A stretch of DNA of 63,822 nucleotides, counting the filler, from Octopus bimaculoides (taxonomy: Eukaryota), in NCBI RefSeq assembly GCF_001194135.2. It is 6 parts of 5 records of this genome, joined end to end, with 100 filler letters (N's around TTAATTAATTAA, not from the genome) between each part and the next. Parts side by side here need not be neighbours in the genome. Positions count along the whole stretch, not along the records: positions 49,556 to 54,382 come from NC_068995.1; positions 54,483 to 62,137 come from NC_068985.1; positions 62,238 to 63,822 come from NC_068994.1; 3 more parts are not named here. The stretch is one strand, 5' to 3'. The translations under genes and the position numbers were made by a program. This document shows positions 49,556 through 62,310 of this stretch, piece by piece. The notes beneath the pieces are model-generated. The model saw only the letters and a list, made by a program, of their open reading frames with translations, searched no databases and was not told the DNA's origin. Every line of letters begins with the position of its first letter. Within the stretch, counting starts at the first letter, position 1.

Positions 49556-50640
49556 CCATCTTAGACTCTGGAACTCTATACCAGGGCCAGCGCTCCAATT
49601 GCAAGCTTTGCCTAACGGAAGCGTTCCATATTTTAAAATACAATTCTCCCACTCTACTTAATCGATATAATGAAGCGTTTAGCAACTGAAACCACCGCTC
49701 TTTCCACACATTCAGGTTATATCACAAGCAAAATTGCACAAATGATTACGCAAATTAATAACACAACCCCCCACAGGCAACCTATTCAACCTGGCAAAAA
49801 CAAACATCTTTCACCATCTTTTTGAATAGGATTATTTCCTTTCGATCATCTCACCACACATGTACCACCAAATTTATTTCTCATATTCTCAATTTCACAA
49901 GAACACTACCTACACAAACAGACTACGTCACCTCTTTCAATCCCTTTCCACCGTCTATAAATAGGCTTGGCAGCATCCTAAAATATGATACTACTAACTA
50001 CCTTTCCCACCCATCCCTCTCCTTTATCTCTGTCCTTGGTTTATCACTCATACCCCAACCACCTTTATACTACACACACGCATTCCTTCCTACTCACTAG
50101 ACATTTTAACCTCATCCCCCTATTCCTCCTTCACTCTATGTGCTCTTCCCCTCTACCCTGTTAAGACCGACTGACCATAAATATATCGCTACCATCCTCC
50201 GCCTCTATATCTCTTCTATCCCCTTCCACATTCTGTCTTCTTGACTTGACCTAATTACCGCTAACTTTTCACTTGACTTGGACATTCTTCAAGTAAACAA
50301 GCAAAAATCTATCGCAATATGGAATATATATACCTCTGCTATCTATGCTATATCAACTCTCGTTCCAACATAAATTTGCGGATTATTCACACAAGGATTA
50401 CTTTGCACAAGTTTCTACACGGATATTTACCACTGGAATGAAACTACACTTCAAGTACTGTTCTCTCTTTTTTCAGCTCATCACACTCTTTAACACTTCA
50501 TACTTAAAATATCCGCCTATGGATATAATAATAGATTACTCTATTTTTTCTGTCTCCGATGAAGGGAAGTACTGGACCTTCCCAGAAACAGCTGTAAGAC
50601 TCTATCCATAAAATTCTTCAACCTTACCTTTGCTCTCTTT
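49556..50640 (+). mobile_element. Penelope-like element 3' end: GIY-YIG C-terminus, C/T-rich 3' region and HHR
   Basis: ILDSGTLYQGQRSNCKLCLTEAFHILKYNSPTLLNRYNEAFSN*NHR matches the PLE endonuclease tail C.LCL.EK..I...LLN.R.E..S.CRH; HHR at the 3' end. Confidence 0.75.
50552..50600 (+). ncRNA. Minimal type-I HHR, U4C core, sense to Slit pre-mRNA
   Basis: gtct CCGATGA a gggaag tactggac cttccc a GAAA CAGCTG T A agac: stem I 4 bp, stem II 6 bp, palindromic ACAGCTGT helix III. Confidence 0.7.
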
Positions 50641-50658
50641 ATCTTTTTGTTTTTATAT

Positions 50659-50707
<49 letters not shown>

Positions 50708-53700
50708 ATGTTTTAGTGTGTTATTTCAAATTTATGTGCTGACAAAACTTAATGTCTTTTTTATGTGTGTTTTATTATAATTCACTTTGTCCTTTTATTC
50801 TGTATAATATTCTATCACTTCTCTCATTCACCTGTTCTCAAAGCTTTCCTTATATTCCGCCTCTCTACTCGCTTTTCACTGTTCCTTCCTATACTTTATA
50901 CTCTTCCATGTGGCTCACGGAATTTCCTCTGTCACAGAAAAATTAACTAAAATTACCCCACTCTTTTCTTGTAAATATACTTTCTCCAAATTTCATCTTA
51001 TTCTTTACCAACAACTTATTCTTTACTAGCATCCCTTTTCTCACGAAAGTATTTCTACGTATTCTGCGCGCACACACACTCATACTCACACACACAAGAC
51101 GATCACTAACAAATTCTTACGCTTCGAACCCCTGCGATCTACACCACTATGCCTGCAGGCATTTAACTTTCTACATTCATTGACTTATCCATAAACAATG
51201 TACATTACACACTTCCCATTATGCCTAATCCAAATCAAACGTACATTTAGATACCTGCTAACACATGCACCCGTCTTACCTCCCTTCCTAATTCCATTTA
51301 ACGAAATAACACTTCCTCATTTCTATGCATTTTCGCTCTGATGAAAGAATCACGTTTAAAAAGTTATAATTTTCTTTTTATTTCTTAAGTATTAATCTAA
51401 AACAATTATGTTGTGTTGCGTGTGCCTTTTTGTTTTTGATAACTACATCTCTCATATAGACGTGTGCTTGTATGTTTGTGTGCATAGAAATGAAATTCAG
51501 TTCCTTTCATTTACAAGAAACTTTCTTTTTCTGTTTAATTTACAACGATTAACATTATTCCTTTGAGTCTTGGCTACATGCACTCAACATGTATAGCTTT
51601 TAAAGTGTTTCGCATACTGATGCTACTCGAGCTGTAAACATTTCTTATTCAATTTTAACAAGCAGTGCAAATACATTTATACCATTCAAAGCGCTTTCAA
51701 GTGCATCAAAATTGTTACATGTAACAATAGTTAAACCTTGCACACTTTAAATGTTTCGCACTGCAGTTTAGTATTCTCTCTTCATTACAAAGCCATTGAT
51801 TCTCTATTTTAAAACATTTATATTATGAAAGAGATATTTAAGTTATATAGAAGATAATTATATAGAAGATGGGATAGAAAATTTATAATCAGATAAGTTA
51901 TGCAATGTAACTTTAGTAGACACATTAAATGAATAATTTCTCCGTAACAGTTTAGTCTCCTCATCTAGAAAATTCTAAAATTTGCAAATGCTATCAAATT
52001 TGTTTCGTCACGAGCACAATGATTTTATGATACCCAATAAATCATCATTTATTTGTACCCAAGTAATATACTTTGAAATATTTTTCTCAAACTTCGGAAG
52101 ATTTTTTTTCCCACTAATATGACAAAAGCTGCAAATTAGTAAGCACTCATGTCTCAAGTTTTTTAGAAATTGATCATTTAGACAAGAATGAAATTTTTGC
52201 AGGACATCTGATCTGCTATTTATTAGACTAATAGCAACACTTTAAATTGGATTCTAAATAAGAATGTTACACAAATTGTATCACCAATAAAAACCATGAA
52301 GTTAGACTGAATGGTTGTTGGAATGAACAGCAGGTAACAGAATCATTCTAAAGACGAATGTCTTAATCTAAATCAGCGTTATTATCCATGTATTTCTACC
52401 TGAAATCACAATTTACTGTTACTGAAGTAGAAAGAATCATTACATGTCATTATTGCTAGAGTTTTCTATATATAACGCGTTTAGAGAACACTAGATCCAG
52501 TAATCGAATCGTTATGCTGAAAACTCAACAAAAGCAAAACGAAGAAACACAACATAACTCTATGTAAGCAATTTTACATGGAATTGCACATCAGTAGCTG
52601 TATTATAGAATATGCTCACAGGCAAGGTGGACACATATGCTCCTTGTAAATTGATGATAAGTAACATTTCCAAATGTTATGATAACGGATATATTCATGC
52701 GGAAAGCAAGTAAAGAGAACTAAGAATGCCATTATTTATTGTAACTAAACAGCTAATAACACGAAGGGGATTTACACAGCAGTTATAGAACTAATAATTT
52801 ATAATTGATAGTAGGTCAGTTGCTGGCAGAATCGTTAGCATACTGGTTAAATTGCTTAGTGGTGTTCCATCCCTTTTCATGTCCTAGATCCTGCTGGTGT
52901 GGACTTTGCATTACACTATTTTGAGAGAGATAAAATAAGTATCGGCTGGGGTCGATATAATCGACTAAAGTTGCTGTCCTTATGCCAACATTTAGAATTA
53001 CTATTTATAATTGAAAATGATATGAATTTTCATATACACTGGGTCACAAGATTTTTATATTGATTTTGTATTAACTTTTCATGCGTTTTTCAACTTCTTT
53101 TCACTTTCAGATATGAATCACGACTGGAAAACTCTTCACAGTATTATCACCTATGTTTATAGTATATCCCACTGTGGGAGCAAAAGCTGCTATGGTCAGT
53201 AATATCTATAACCATTAGAAACAATCTGCCAAGTAATTTTCAATATATATGAAAGAAAAGAAAAAGACATATTCTGTTGATTGGTAAAGGCACCAAATAA
53301 TTACCTGTAAGAATTATTTAACACACACTAAACTGATTGTACTTCTTGCATAATTTTGAATTTGCTTCAATGATATACACTTCCACAACGTCGGAAGCTT
53401 CTTGTAAAAGAACGTAAAATAAAAAAATAAAAACTAGCTTTCATAGTAATGCTAGTCATGCTGGTGTTCTATTTTTTTTATTATTTGTGGTTTCACTCAT
53501 TTGACTGCAAGTTTGCTGTAGCGCCATCTTTAAGGTTTCATTGACTCTATCTTAAGAGTATCTATCTTTAAATCTTGTATTTATCGTATTGATCCTGTTG
53601 TCGGAATGTTAGGAATTACCATAGATGCGTACACAGAAACCTACATTATTGCACATATCTACGCTTGCACCTATAGTATAAATGTAGTATATCATAAAAT

Positions 53701-55061
53701 TTGTTTTATCCCTGTTTTTACTTCTATACAGCTAATCAAATAGAATCCGCATAATGACTTTCGTATAGTTTTCGATCTTTTGCAAACAAATGTCTTCAAA
53801 TAGCAAAACAACACAGAATGAAGTACATTCTTGAAGACAAAGGAATTCATATTTTCAGTGATGGCCGGCCAATCGAATAAGGTTTTCCACCGCAGCAATT
53901 TCATTTTATCGCATTTAAAATTTCTTCATTCGGATACACATAAAATTTCTGCACGTCTTGGTGCACAAAGTGTTGACATTGTAGCTTGACAATGAAATTC
54001 CCTTAGCGATTTCAACAAAGCAAAATATATTTCACAATAACGGGTATTTCGGACATATACATTTCACAGCAACAGGTATTTCAGACATCAAACATATGAT
54101 TATCTTAAGCAATCAGCGGATCAACACTTCTACAATTACTTGTCAATGTTTATCATTTCACACAACCGCTTCAAAACGCAAAACATAAGAAACTTTCAGA
54201 TATTGAAATACACCAAGTAAACAACATCGCTAATAACCTATAAGAATGTTTATACGTTAGATATTGAGAAATATTGATTTATGTTGATAATTATTTTACT
54301 TAATGACATATTCAAACCACCTAAGATTATACACACACATGCATATATATATGTATGTATGTATATATATATATATATATATNNNNNNNNNNNNNNNNNN
54401 NNNNNNNNNNNNNNNNNNNNNNNNNNTTAATTAATTAANNNNNNNNNNNNNNNNNNNNNNNNNNNNNNNNNNNNNNNNNNNNTATGTATATATGCCTGTG
54501 TGTGTGTGTGTGTCTGTATGTATATATGTAAAATATCCTTGTACTTGTTTCAGTCACTTGACTGCGATGATGCTAGGGCGTTACAGTGTTTCCTACTGTA
54601 AGACATGGATCCCAGGACTAATTGTCCGTAAGCCGGTTCCTCATCTTATTGGTCTCTTTTGTCGAACTGTTTTATTACAGGGATGCAAACACACCAACAT
54701 CAATTATCATGCGATAGTGGGGAACAACCACAAACACAAGAATACACACACACACACACAGACACACACATACACACACACACACACACGCACACACACA
54801 TATACGTGACAGGTTTCTTTTATTTACCTTGTACCAAATCCATTCAGTAGTTTTTGGAGCAATGCTGTGGTGCATGACGCTTCCCGTAAGTGACACGAAG
54901 CGTGGCTGAAACAGTAGCTGTGGCATGTGGTTGAGAAGCCAGGTTCTTAACAGGCAGCCACGCCTGTGCCTATATATACACACAATACATACATACATAT
55001 ANNNNNNNNNNNNNNNNNNNNNNNNNNNNNNNNNNNNNNNNNNNNNNNNNATATATATATG

Positions 55062-55095
<34 letters not shown>

Positions 55096-55683
55096 TGCGT
55101 GTGCGTGCCTGTGAGGGAATGTTGAGTGTATGTATCTACACATGTAAGTGTACACAAACACTCTCTCTCTCATATATAAATATATATATTCCTGAGCTCT
55201 CAGTTCGAAAATGCAACAGCTATATATGTACACAATAGTATCCATATATACATGCATACCAACGTATACATAAATACCAAAATAAATAAAAAGGTATATA
55301 AGATGCATTTTAAATTTATTCCATATATTTTAATCAACCACTTTTCTACCATCCTTTTTGCTTCCTGAAACGCATTAACAAATATCTCAAATTATCTGTA
55401 ATCGAACCACCTCTATTGTCTCTTCGAATTTTTATCCTGTCCTAAAGCAACACTTATGAAAACTGCTCTATTTTGAAAAATATCAACCCAATCTCTCGTC
55501 CCACTAACAACAATCTTAATCACCCCCATCATAACACTCATCTGCTATCGAACCAGTTAATTCTTTAACAACCATTCTGTTTGCACAAATTTAACTTTCC
55601 ACTAGAGATCTATATTTAAGAGATGAGGAATTATGTTCATTATTTACCTTTGACGGATATTTGCCCGCGTATTTTTTGTTGCT

Positions 55684-55729
55684 AACACAACGTTTCGGCT
55701 GATATACCCTCCAGCCTTCATCAGATGAC
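55684..55729 (-). ncRNA. Minimal type-I HHR, canonical core, antisense to Slit
   Basis: Minus strand: gtcat CTGATGA a ggctg gagggtatat cagcc GAAA CG T T gtgtt; 5-bp stem II, palindromic ACGT, stem I imperfect. Confidence 0.75.
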
Positions 55730-55854
55730 TTGGAGAAATTTCGAACCTAAGGTACTTTTTTGATGACCTGAATAATAGTAATAACAACAACAACAACAAC
55801 AACAACATTGAAAAACACCTCAGGAATGAGAACCAATGTTCTAAATTTCTCAAA

Positions 55855-55900
55855 GACACCCGATGAAGGCTAGAGGTTACATCATCCGAAACGTTGTGTT
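55855..55900 (+). ncRNA. Sister HHR copy, U4C core, weakened stem II, sense to Slit
   Basis: gacac CCGATGA a ggcta gaggttacat catcc GAAA CG T T gtgtt; stem I gacac/gtgtt. Confidence 0.65.
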
Positions 55901-56395
55901 AGCAACAAACAAGATGAAGACAAATATCCATCAAATGTAAATAATGTAAATGTTAACTTTCCACATCACCTAAACCAATTATTCACCCCTCTTGCCACAT
56001 TCCATCCTTACTACTATCAGGAGCATCATTATGATTGTGGAATATATTTCCTTCCCCCTCTTGCTACTCTCTATCTAAACACCCCAACTCCCTTTCCTAA
56101 TACGTGTAGCTCTCTATAATCCAATTCAATTATTAAGCTCCATCATACCCAAATATCAAATTAAATATGTTATTACCATATTTTTTCCCCTGAAGGGGGA
56201 GGCATGGTTATTCAATAATAGACCCTAATATATGTAATATATCAGGACAACCAATGCCCCTGAAATGGCCGTATGACTTTAAAAACTTTACCTATTTTAT
56301 GTGTGATGGCATGTTTCCTGTAATTTGACCTATATACTTTTAATATCCACAGATATTCATACACACACACACACACGCACACACACACACACACG

Positions 56396-56434
<39 letters not shown>

Positions 56435-56649
56435 GCGTGTATGTATGTATCTATGTATACATTGAGTTTTTGTACACATACAAACAAGGGGACAAAACAT
56501 GACCATACACAAACACTTCACACACACATACACACAAAGACATATATAGGCACAAATGCATGCAAAACCCATGCATACATATATATACATATATTCATAT
56601 ATATGCATACATATATCCAAATATATATATATCATTATTATCCTCATTG

Positions 56650-56707
<58 letters not shown>

Positions 56708-56708
<1 letters not shown>

Positions 56709-57138
56709 CGTATCTGTCAAGACCTACCAAAAACTGAGCAAATATAAAGATCTTGAAATAGAAATTAGCAAAATGCGGAATCTGAAGACGAAAACAGTAC
56801 CTATTGTCATAGGTGCCCTGGGAATGACAGCGAAACGGGCTGATTACTACCTAGCTCAGATACCAGGAAACCCCAAAATGGCTGAAGTTCAAAAGATAGT
56901 GCTCATGGGAACTGCCCATATCCTACGTAAAATACTGTCTATGTGATCTCAAATTTTAAAGCAAACACATAATTTTCTTATGGTTTCTTAAACATTCACT
57001 AGAACAAAACTGTACACATCCAAATATATGGTACCCTAGGCATAACACCTACATGAACTTCTAACTTGTTGTCTCTTGAGGTCTCTGGGTGAGACTTGGA
57101 TCCAACTTGTACAAATGCAAAACAAAAGTCAAACATAA

Positions 57139-57140
<2 letters not shown>
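56708..57140 (+). mobile_element. 5'-truncated R4/Dong-like element flanked by (TAA)n on both sides
   Basis: VSVKTYQKLSKYKDLEIEISKMRNLKTKTVPIVIGALG...GTAHILRKILSM* (stop at 56946); AAT arrays at 56651-56707 and about 57140-57202. Confidence 0.9.
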
Positions 57141-57202
<62 letters not shown>

Positions 57203-59008
57203 GAGAGAAACGATTAGAATGGACTTCATTTCGTAAGCACGATTTTATTGCTGGAATAATTTTGAAAACATACTGTTTTCTTCATTCCATGTATCGAAAG
57301 CATGAAGCGACCTTAATATTTTAAATTTCCTACGGCCTATACTTCTAGAATATAAATCTAAATTTTGTTGCCAACTATCAACTGTCGATAGCTAAGATTC
57401 TATTTAACTATTCAATTTAATTTGCACAAACTTGCACACACAGACAGCGTGAATAAATGACTTTATTCACACTGCACGATAATACGGAAATAATAATATT
57501 TGAATCACAGTCTAAAGCGTTTGAAGAAAATTTGTATCTCACAATGAAAAGAAAAATTGTGATCATTCTAACTAATTACTACTTTCATTTGAAAAGGAAA
57601 TTCAACAAAATCGATTCTACATTTAAGGCAAGATAACATCTAGGGTGTAACAATTTACATAAATTGTAAAACGTGGGGATGTGTGTCCATGTATTAAACG
57701 TGATATATTATATTGAATATAAATGTTTGTACAACGTTTCCCTTAACACTATAAAGCGATAAAATCGTGATAATATAACTGGTTGATGGGTTTTCTACTG
57801 ATAATAAACGTTCTAACTTTATAAACAAATGTTCAATGTTGTTATCAAAACTCAATATATTTTCTATAATTTATATAAAACCCCCAACGGAAGTTATTAT
57901 CAGTAAATATAATACCATCGTTATAGGTTGTTTATAGATTGATAGGCCCATACTATTTAAAATTCGTCGTGAATAGTGACCACTCATTCACTGAGGACGG
58001 TTATTTAAGAAAAAAAAAAATATATATATAAAACCTTAGTTCTTCCGCGGAAATTCAGAAACAACAATCATCTAAATGCTGAATAAACAATATGCTAATT
58101 TCTATATGACCGAAAAATTCTCAAGTGAATCTGCCATGATAATGTCAACTGATACAAAACAGCAGCAGTTACGAATATAGCAGTCAAAACAATTTTAAGA
58201 TTTTATCCTTCTCAAAATAATCTTAATTTAGTCAGACGTGATTATTCATTATGATCATAAAACGTCCGATTGGTAAACAAGCAAGCTCGAAAAACAATAA
58301 CAAAACAATGTGGAGCTTTCCAGACGATCTTTTACTTTATTTGTAAAGTTGCCGCCCACAAAATACACAAAGATCTGTTTCCAGGAAACATATGTTTACC
58401 ATTATTCAAAACGTTTCTATGCAAACAGTTTAGAAAAAAAAAAAATTAAGCATCTTTAGGACACACACACACACAAATACAATCACACAAGCACACGCAC
58501 ACACAAATACAATCACACAAGCACACACACTGTAATATATACACTGAGCAAAAAGAGTAACGGCTTGAACTTGCCATTCCTATTTTACATGTGTTTCAGA
58601 ATCCGGTAATAAATTGTTGCAAATTAAATCTATGCATGCATCTCGTGATTGTAGCTTGCATAATCATAGCCAGCTCCTCAGATATTTTTCATGAACCTCA
58701 TAACACGTCTGCCGACGATGATGCACGTTGCCTTTATTAGCGGCAACTAAGATCATATTTATCCTCTGGCATCCATTATTACTAAATTCTGAAACACATA
58801 TGAGAGGTGTAAATACGAAATACCAAGTTCAAGCCTTTGTATTTTACTCTCATTATTTGCCCGCTATTGAGATTACGTTGTAGCATTCTTCAGACTACAT
58901 AGAAACCTTTGAGCTCACATAAACGTAAGATTAATTTATTCATTATAATCATAAGAAATAGGACAATGAAAGAATTATATTCTGTAAACATGAATATATA
59001 CATACATA

Positions 59009-59455
59009 CAGTGTGTCCCAAAAGTAAATGACGGGTTTCAATTTTCGATAGTTTCCTTAACTTAACATATTATTGCATAAAATATTATTGATACTATATA
59101 AAGAAAATAATGGAATTTAATATGCACAAGTCAAATTTTGCAACACCACTACATCACACAGGCAAAGTAACAACGCTTAAATGGCCGTTATTTCCGGCTC
59201 CGAACTCCGGTGCTCTTTCCAAATATCGCACCAAAACACCTCGAAGAGTTTCAGACCCCACTTTTCTGATTTCTCTATTCATATTGTCCGGTTTGTTGAC
59301 GTAAACTCTCTCTGACAGGTTTCCCCAGAAAAAAAAAAAAAAGACTGGGCTAGTCAAGTTTGGGGAACGTGAAGGCCATTCAAACTAGTCCTTACACAGG
59401 GTTCCAGCAAGATGAGGCAACTTGTCATACCGCAAGAGAAACAATTCAGTTACTA
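59009..59455 (-). mobile_element. maT/DD37D-like relic with TIR, internally inverted
   Basis: TA-CAGTGTGTCCCAAAAGTA; minus strand EWPSRSPNLT..FFWGNLSERVYVNKP..GHL; plus strand 59395-59455 FQQDEATCHTARETIQLL. Confidence 0.8.
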
Positions 59456-60507
59456 NNNNNNNNNNNNNNNNNNNNNNNNNNNNNNNNNNNNNNNNNNNNN
59501 NNNNNNNNNNNNNNNNNNNNNNNNNNNNNNNNNNNNNNNNNNNNNNNNNNNNNNNNNNNNNNNNNNNNNNNNNNNNNNNNNNNNNNNNNNNNNNNNNNNN
59601 NNNNNNNNNNNNNNNNNNNNNNNNNNNNNNNNNNNNNNNNNNNNNNNNNNNNNNNNNNNNNNNNNNNNNNNNNNNNNNNNNNNNNNNNNNNNNNNNNNNN
59701 NNNNNNNNNNNNNNNNNNNNNNNNNNNNNNNNNNNNNNNNNNNNNNNNNNNNNNNNNNNNNNNNNNNNNNNNNNNNNNNNNNNNNNNNNNNNNNNNNNNN
59801 NNNNNNNNNNNNNATATATATATATATATATATACGTGTATATAAGCACATATATAAATATCTATGTATGTATACATATGGATATACATACGTATGTGTG
59901 TGTATGTATCTGTATCCATGCATATTGATATATTGGTAGACTAGATTATATTATTTTAGGACGTGTTCCTAAGAAACAAATATGCATTGTAATTAATCAT
60001 ACAAGTGACGGACGTTTCAAGTAGAAATATGAAAATACAAAATATGTTACTAAAGTCCTAGAATATATTCAGAAAAATATGCTTTAATTCACAATATTTG
60101 AGTTGATATTTCTCTTACGTTTCCTTAGAAATAATGATTACTACGTTTCAAACAGAGAAAACATTTCAATATCTGCGTGGGAAAGTTTTAAACACTACAT
60201 TTTTAATATGTAGTAAATTTATCGTTTTCGGCAATACATCTCGTAGTCAAAATCCTGCGTTATATTAAAACATCAGTTTTGAATTTTAGCAAGTTGAAAA
60301 CATTATATAATTTCATCATTTATATTATTTATGTGTCAGGAAACGAGTGAAATACAGAATTGCGAGAATCACATTATACACAAATATATGTATTTGTTTA
60401 TAAGCACAATCATTCTCGAATACACACACACACACATACACACACGCATACACACACACACACAAACACACATATATATAAGCATATATGCATATGTTCA
60501 TACACTT

Positions 60508-60835
60508 TCATGGCGCATGGCTTAGTTGTTAGAGCGTAGGGCTTCCGATCATGAAGTAGTGTTTTCGATTCCCGGACTTGGATGCCTTTTGTGCTCTTGC
60601 GCAAGAAACTTTTTCACGTTGCTCCAGATATAGAAATGAGTTGCGACATCACTGGTCCCAAGATTTGTCGGCCTCTCCCTTGGGTATTATTGATAGCATA
60701 TAAAACAAGTTTGTTATGAATGGGTGGAGGCTAGTCTTCCATAAACAACCTCGGCCAGAAATGTGGCACGGATGGTAACTTTCGAGGTGTAATCCTATGG
60801 TAATTCATGACTAAAGTGAATCTTTACCGTCACTA
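60508..60835 (+). mobile_element. tRNA-headed SINE (same family as the minus fragments at 1630-1790 and 2175-2410)
   Basis: ggcgcatggcttagttgttag...tttcgattcccgg...gagttgcgacatcactgg...gtcttccataaacaacc. Confidence 0.7.
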
Positions 60836-62091
60836 TANNNNNNNNNNNNNNNNNNNNNNNNNNNNNNNNNNNNNNNNNNNNNNNNNNNNNNNNNNNNNNN
60901 NNNNNNNNNNNNNNNNNNNNNNNNNNNNNNNNNNNNNNNNNNNNNNNNNNNNNNNNNNNNNNNNNNNNNNNNNNNNNNNNNNNNNNNNNNNNNNNNNNNN
61001 NNNNNNNNNNNNNNNNNNNNNNNNNNNNNNNNNNNNNNNNNNNNNNNNNNNNNNNNNNNNNNNNNNNNNNNNNNNNNNNNNNNNNNNNNNNNNNNNNNNN
61101 NNNNNNNNNNNNNNNNNNNNNNNNNNNNNNNNNNGAAATTATAACAATTGTTATGAATGAAACACAAGAGCAGCAAACGTTTTAATCGATTTAATCGATC
61201 TCGATACTTGTTACTTGAATGCATTGATTCAGATGGCAGAAATGGAAATGTTGACATCGATGGCATTTGAAAACACAAATATATAGATCCAGAACAAGAC
61301 AGGCTGACAGTGTACAACGCTCTAAGACATTCTATCAAGCTACTTATCAGCAATGCTAAAGAGCTTTAACAAAAGCATCTGTACATACAGCTCATTAACT
61401 GATACGGATGAGTGGTTTGGGTAGAGTCATGCATAGGCACATGTTCGTCAATGCAAGTTCAATGTACGATATTAATGCAAATTTTCGAGATGTGGTTTTC
61501 TTTATGTATGCTGTTTTATGCAAAGCAGCAGGCATATATTTCTAATATCACACCGTTGCACACATCTATATAGCAATACGTTCCATTCTTTCAATGCAAT
61601 CTCGTTTAAATCAACGTTTTTGTATTCAAACAAGGAAGTGAAATGAATATATATTTGCTGCATCTTAATGCATTCCTTATTCACATTGTACAATATTCTG
61701 CACACTCCGTATCATTCATGCAGTTATACTATATGAGGTTATGTGAGGTGAAATATGCGAAATTTCATCAAGAATATGATACGCCTATGGAATGATTTGG
61801 AGAACAGATGAGTAACGTTAGAACATGCTCGTGTGAACAAACAAGAACCAACAAGAAAAGATAAAAGTTCGTGGATTTGTATATTCACATATTTTGTAAA
61901 ATGTGTAAAAGGAAATGAGCACAAAGAAAAGAGCTTTCTCCATTGATGATTGAGGGAGATGTATTTTCATGTCCAAATCATAAATGTCACTCAAATGAAA
62001 AAATACAACGTATAATTCGAGCGACGCTTTAACATTACACACTATCAGGAATCGAGGACTAATTACATACATACATACATACATACATACG

Positions 62092-62137
<46 letters not shown>

Positions 62138-62237
62138 NNNNNNNNNNNNNNNNNNNNNNNNNNNNNNNNNNNNNNNNNNNNTTAATTAATTAANNNNNNN
62201 NNNNNNNNNNNNNNNNNNNNNNNNNNNNNNNNNNNNN

Positions 62238-62310
<73 letters not shown>

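Noticed and set aside
51338-51360. CTGATGA after a C/T-rich PLE-like tract
   Set aside because: No GAAA or stem II follows; at best a deleted relic.
53111-53163. Candidate Slit exon 2 after ttttcactttcag
   Set aside because: The required phase gives LYESRLENSSQYYHLCL*, with no LRR pattern and no donor.
7049-61353. Long ORFs (150-410 aa) in the track
   Set aside because: They are runs of X across N gaps or translations of (CA)n, (TA)n, (GAT)n and (TAA)n; not coding evidence.
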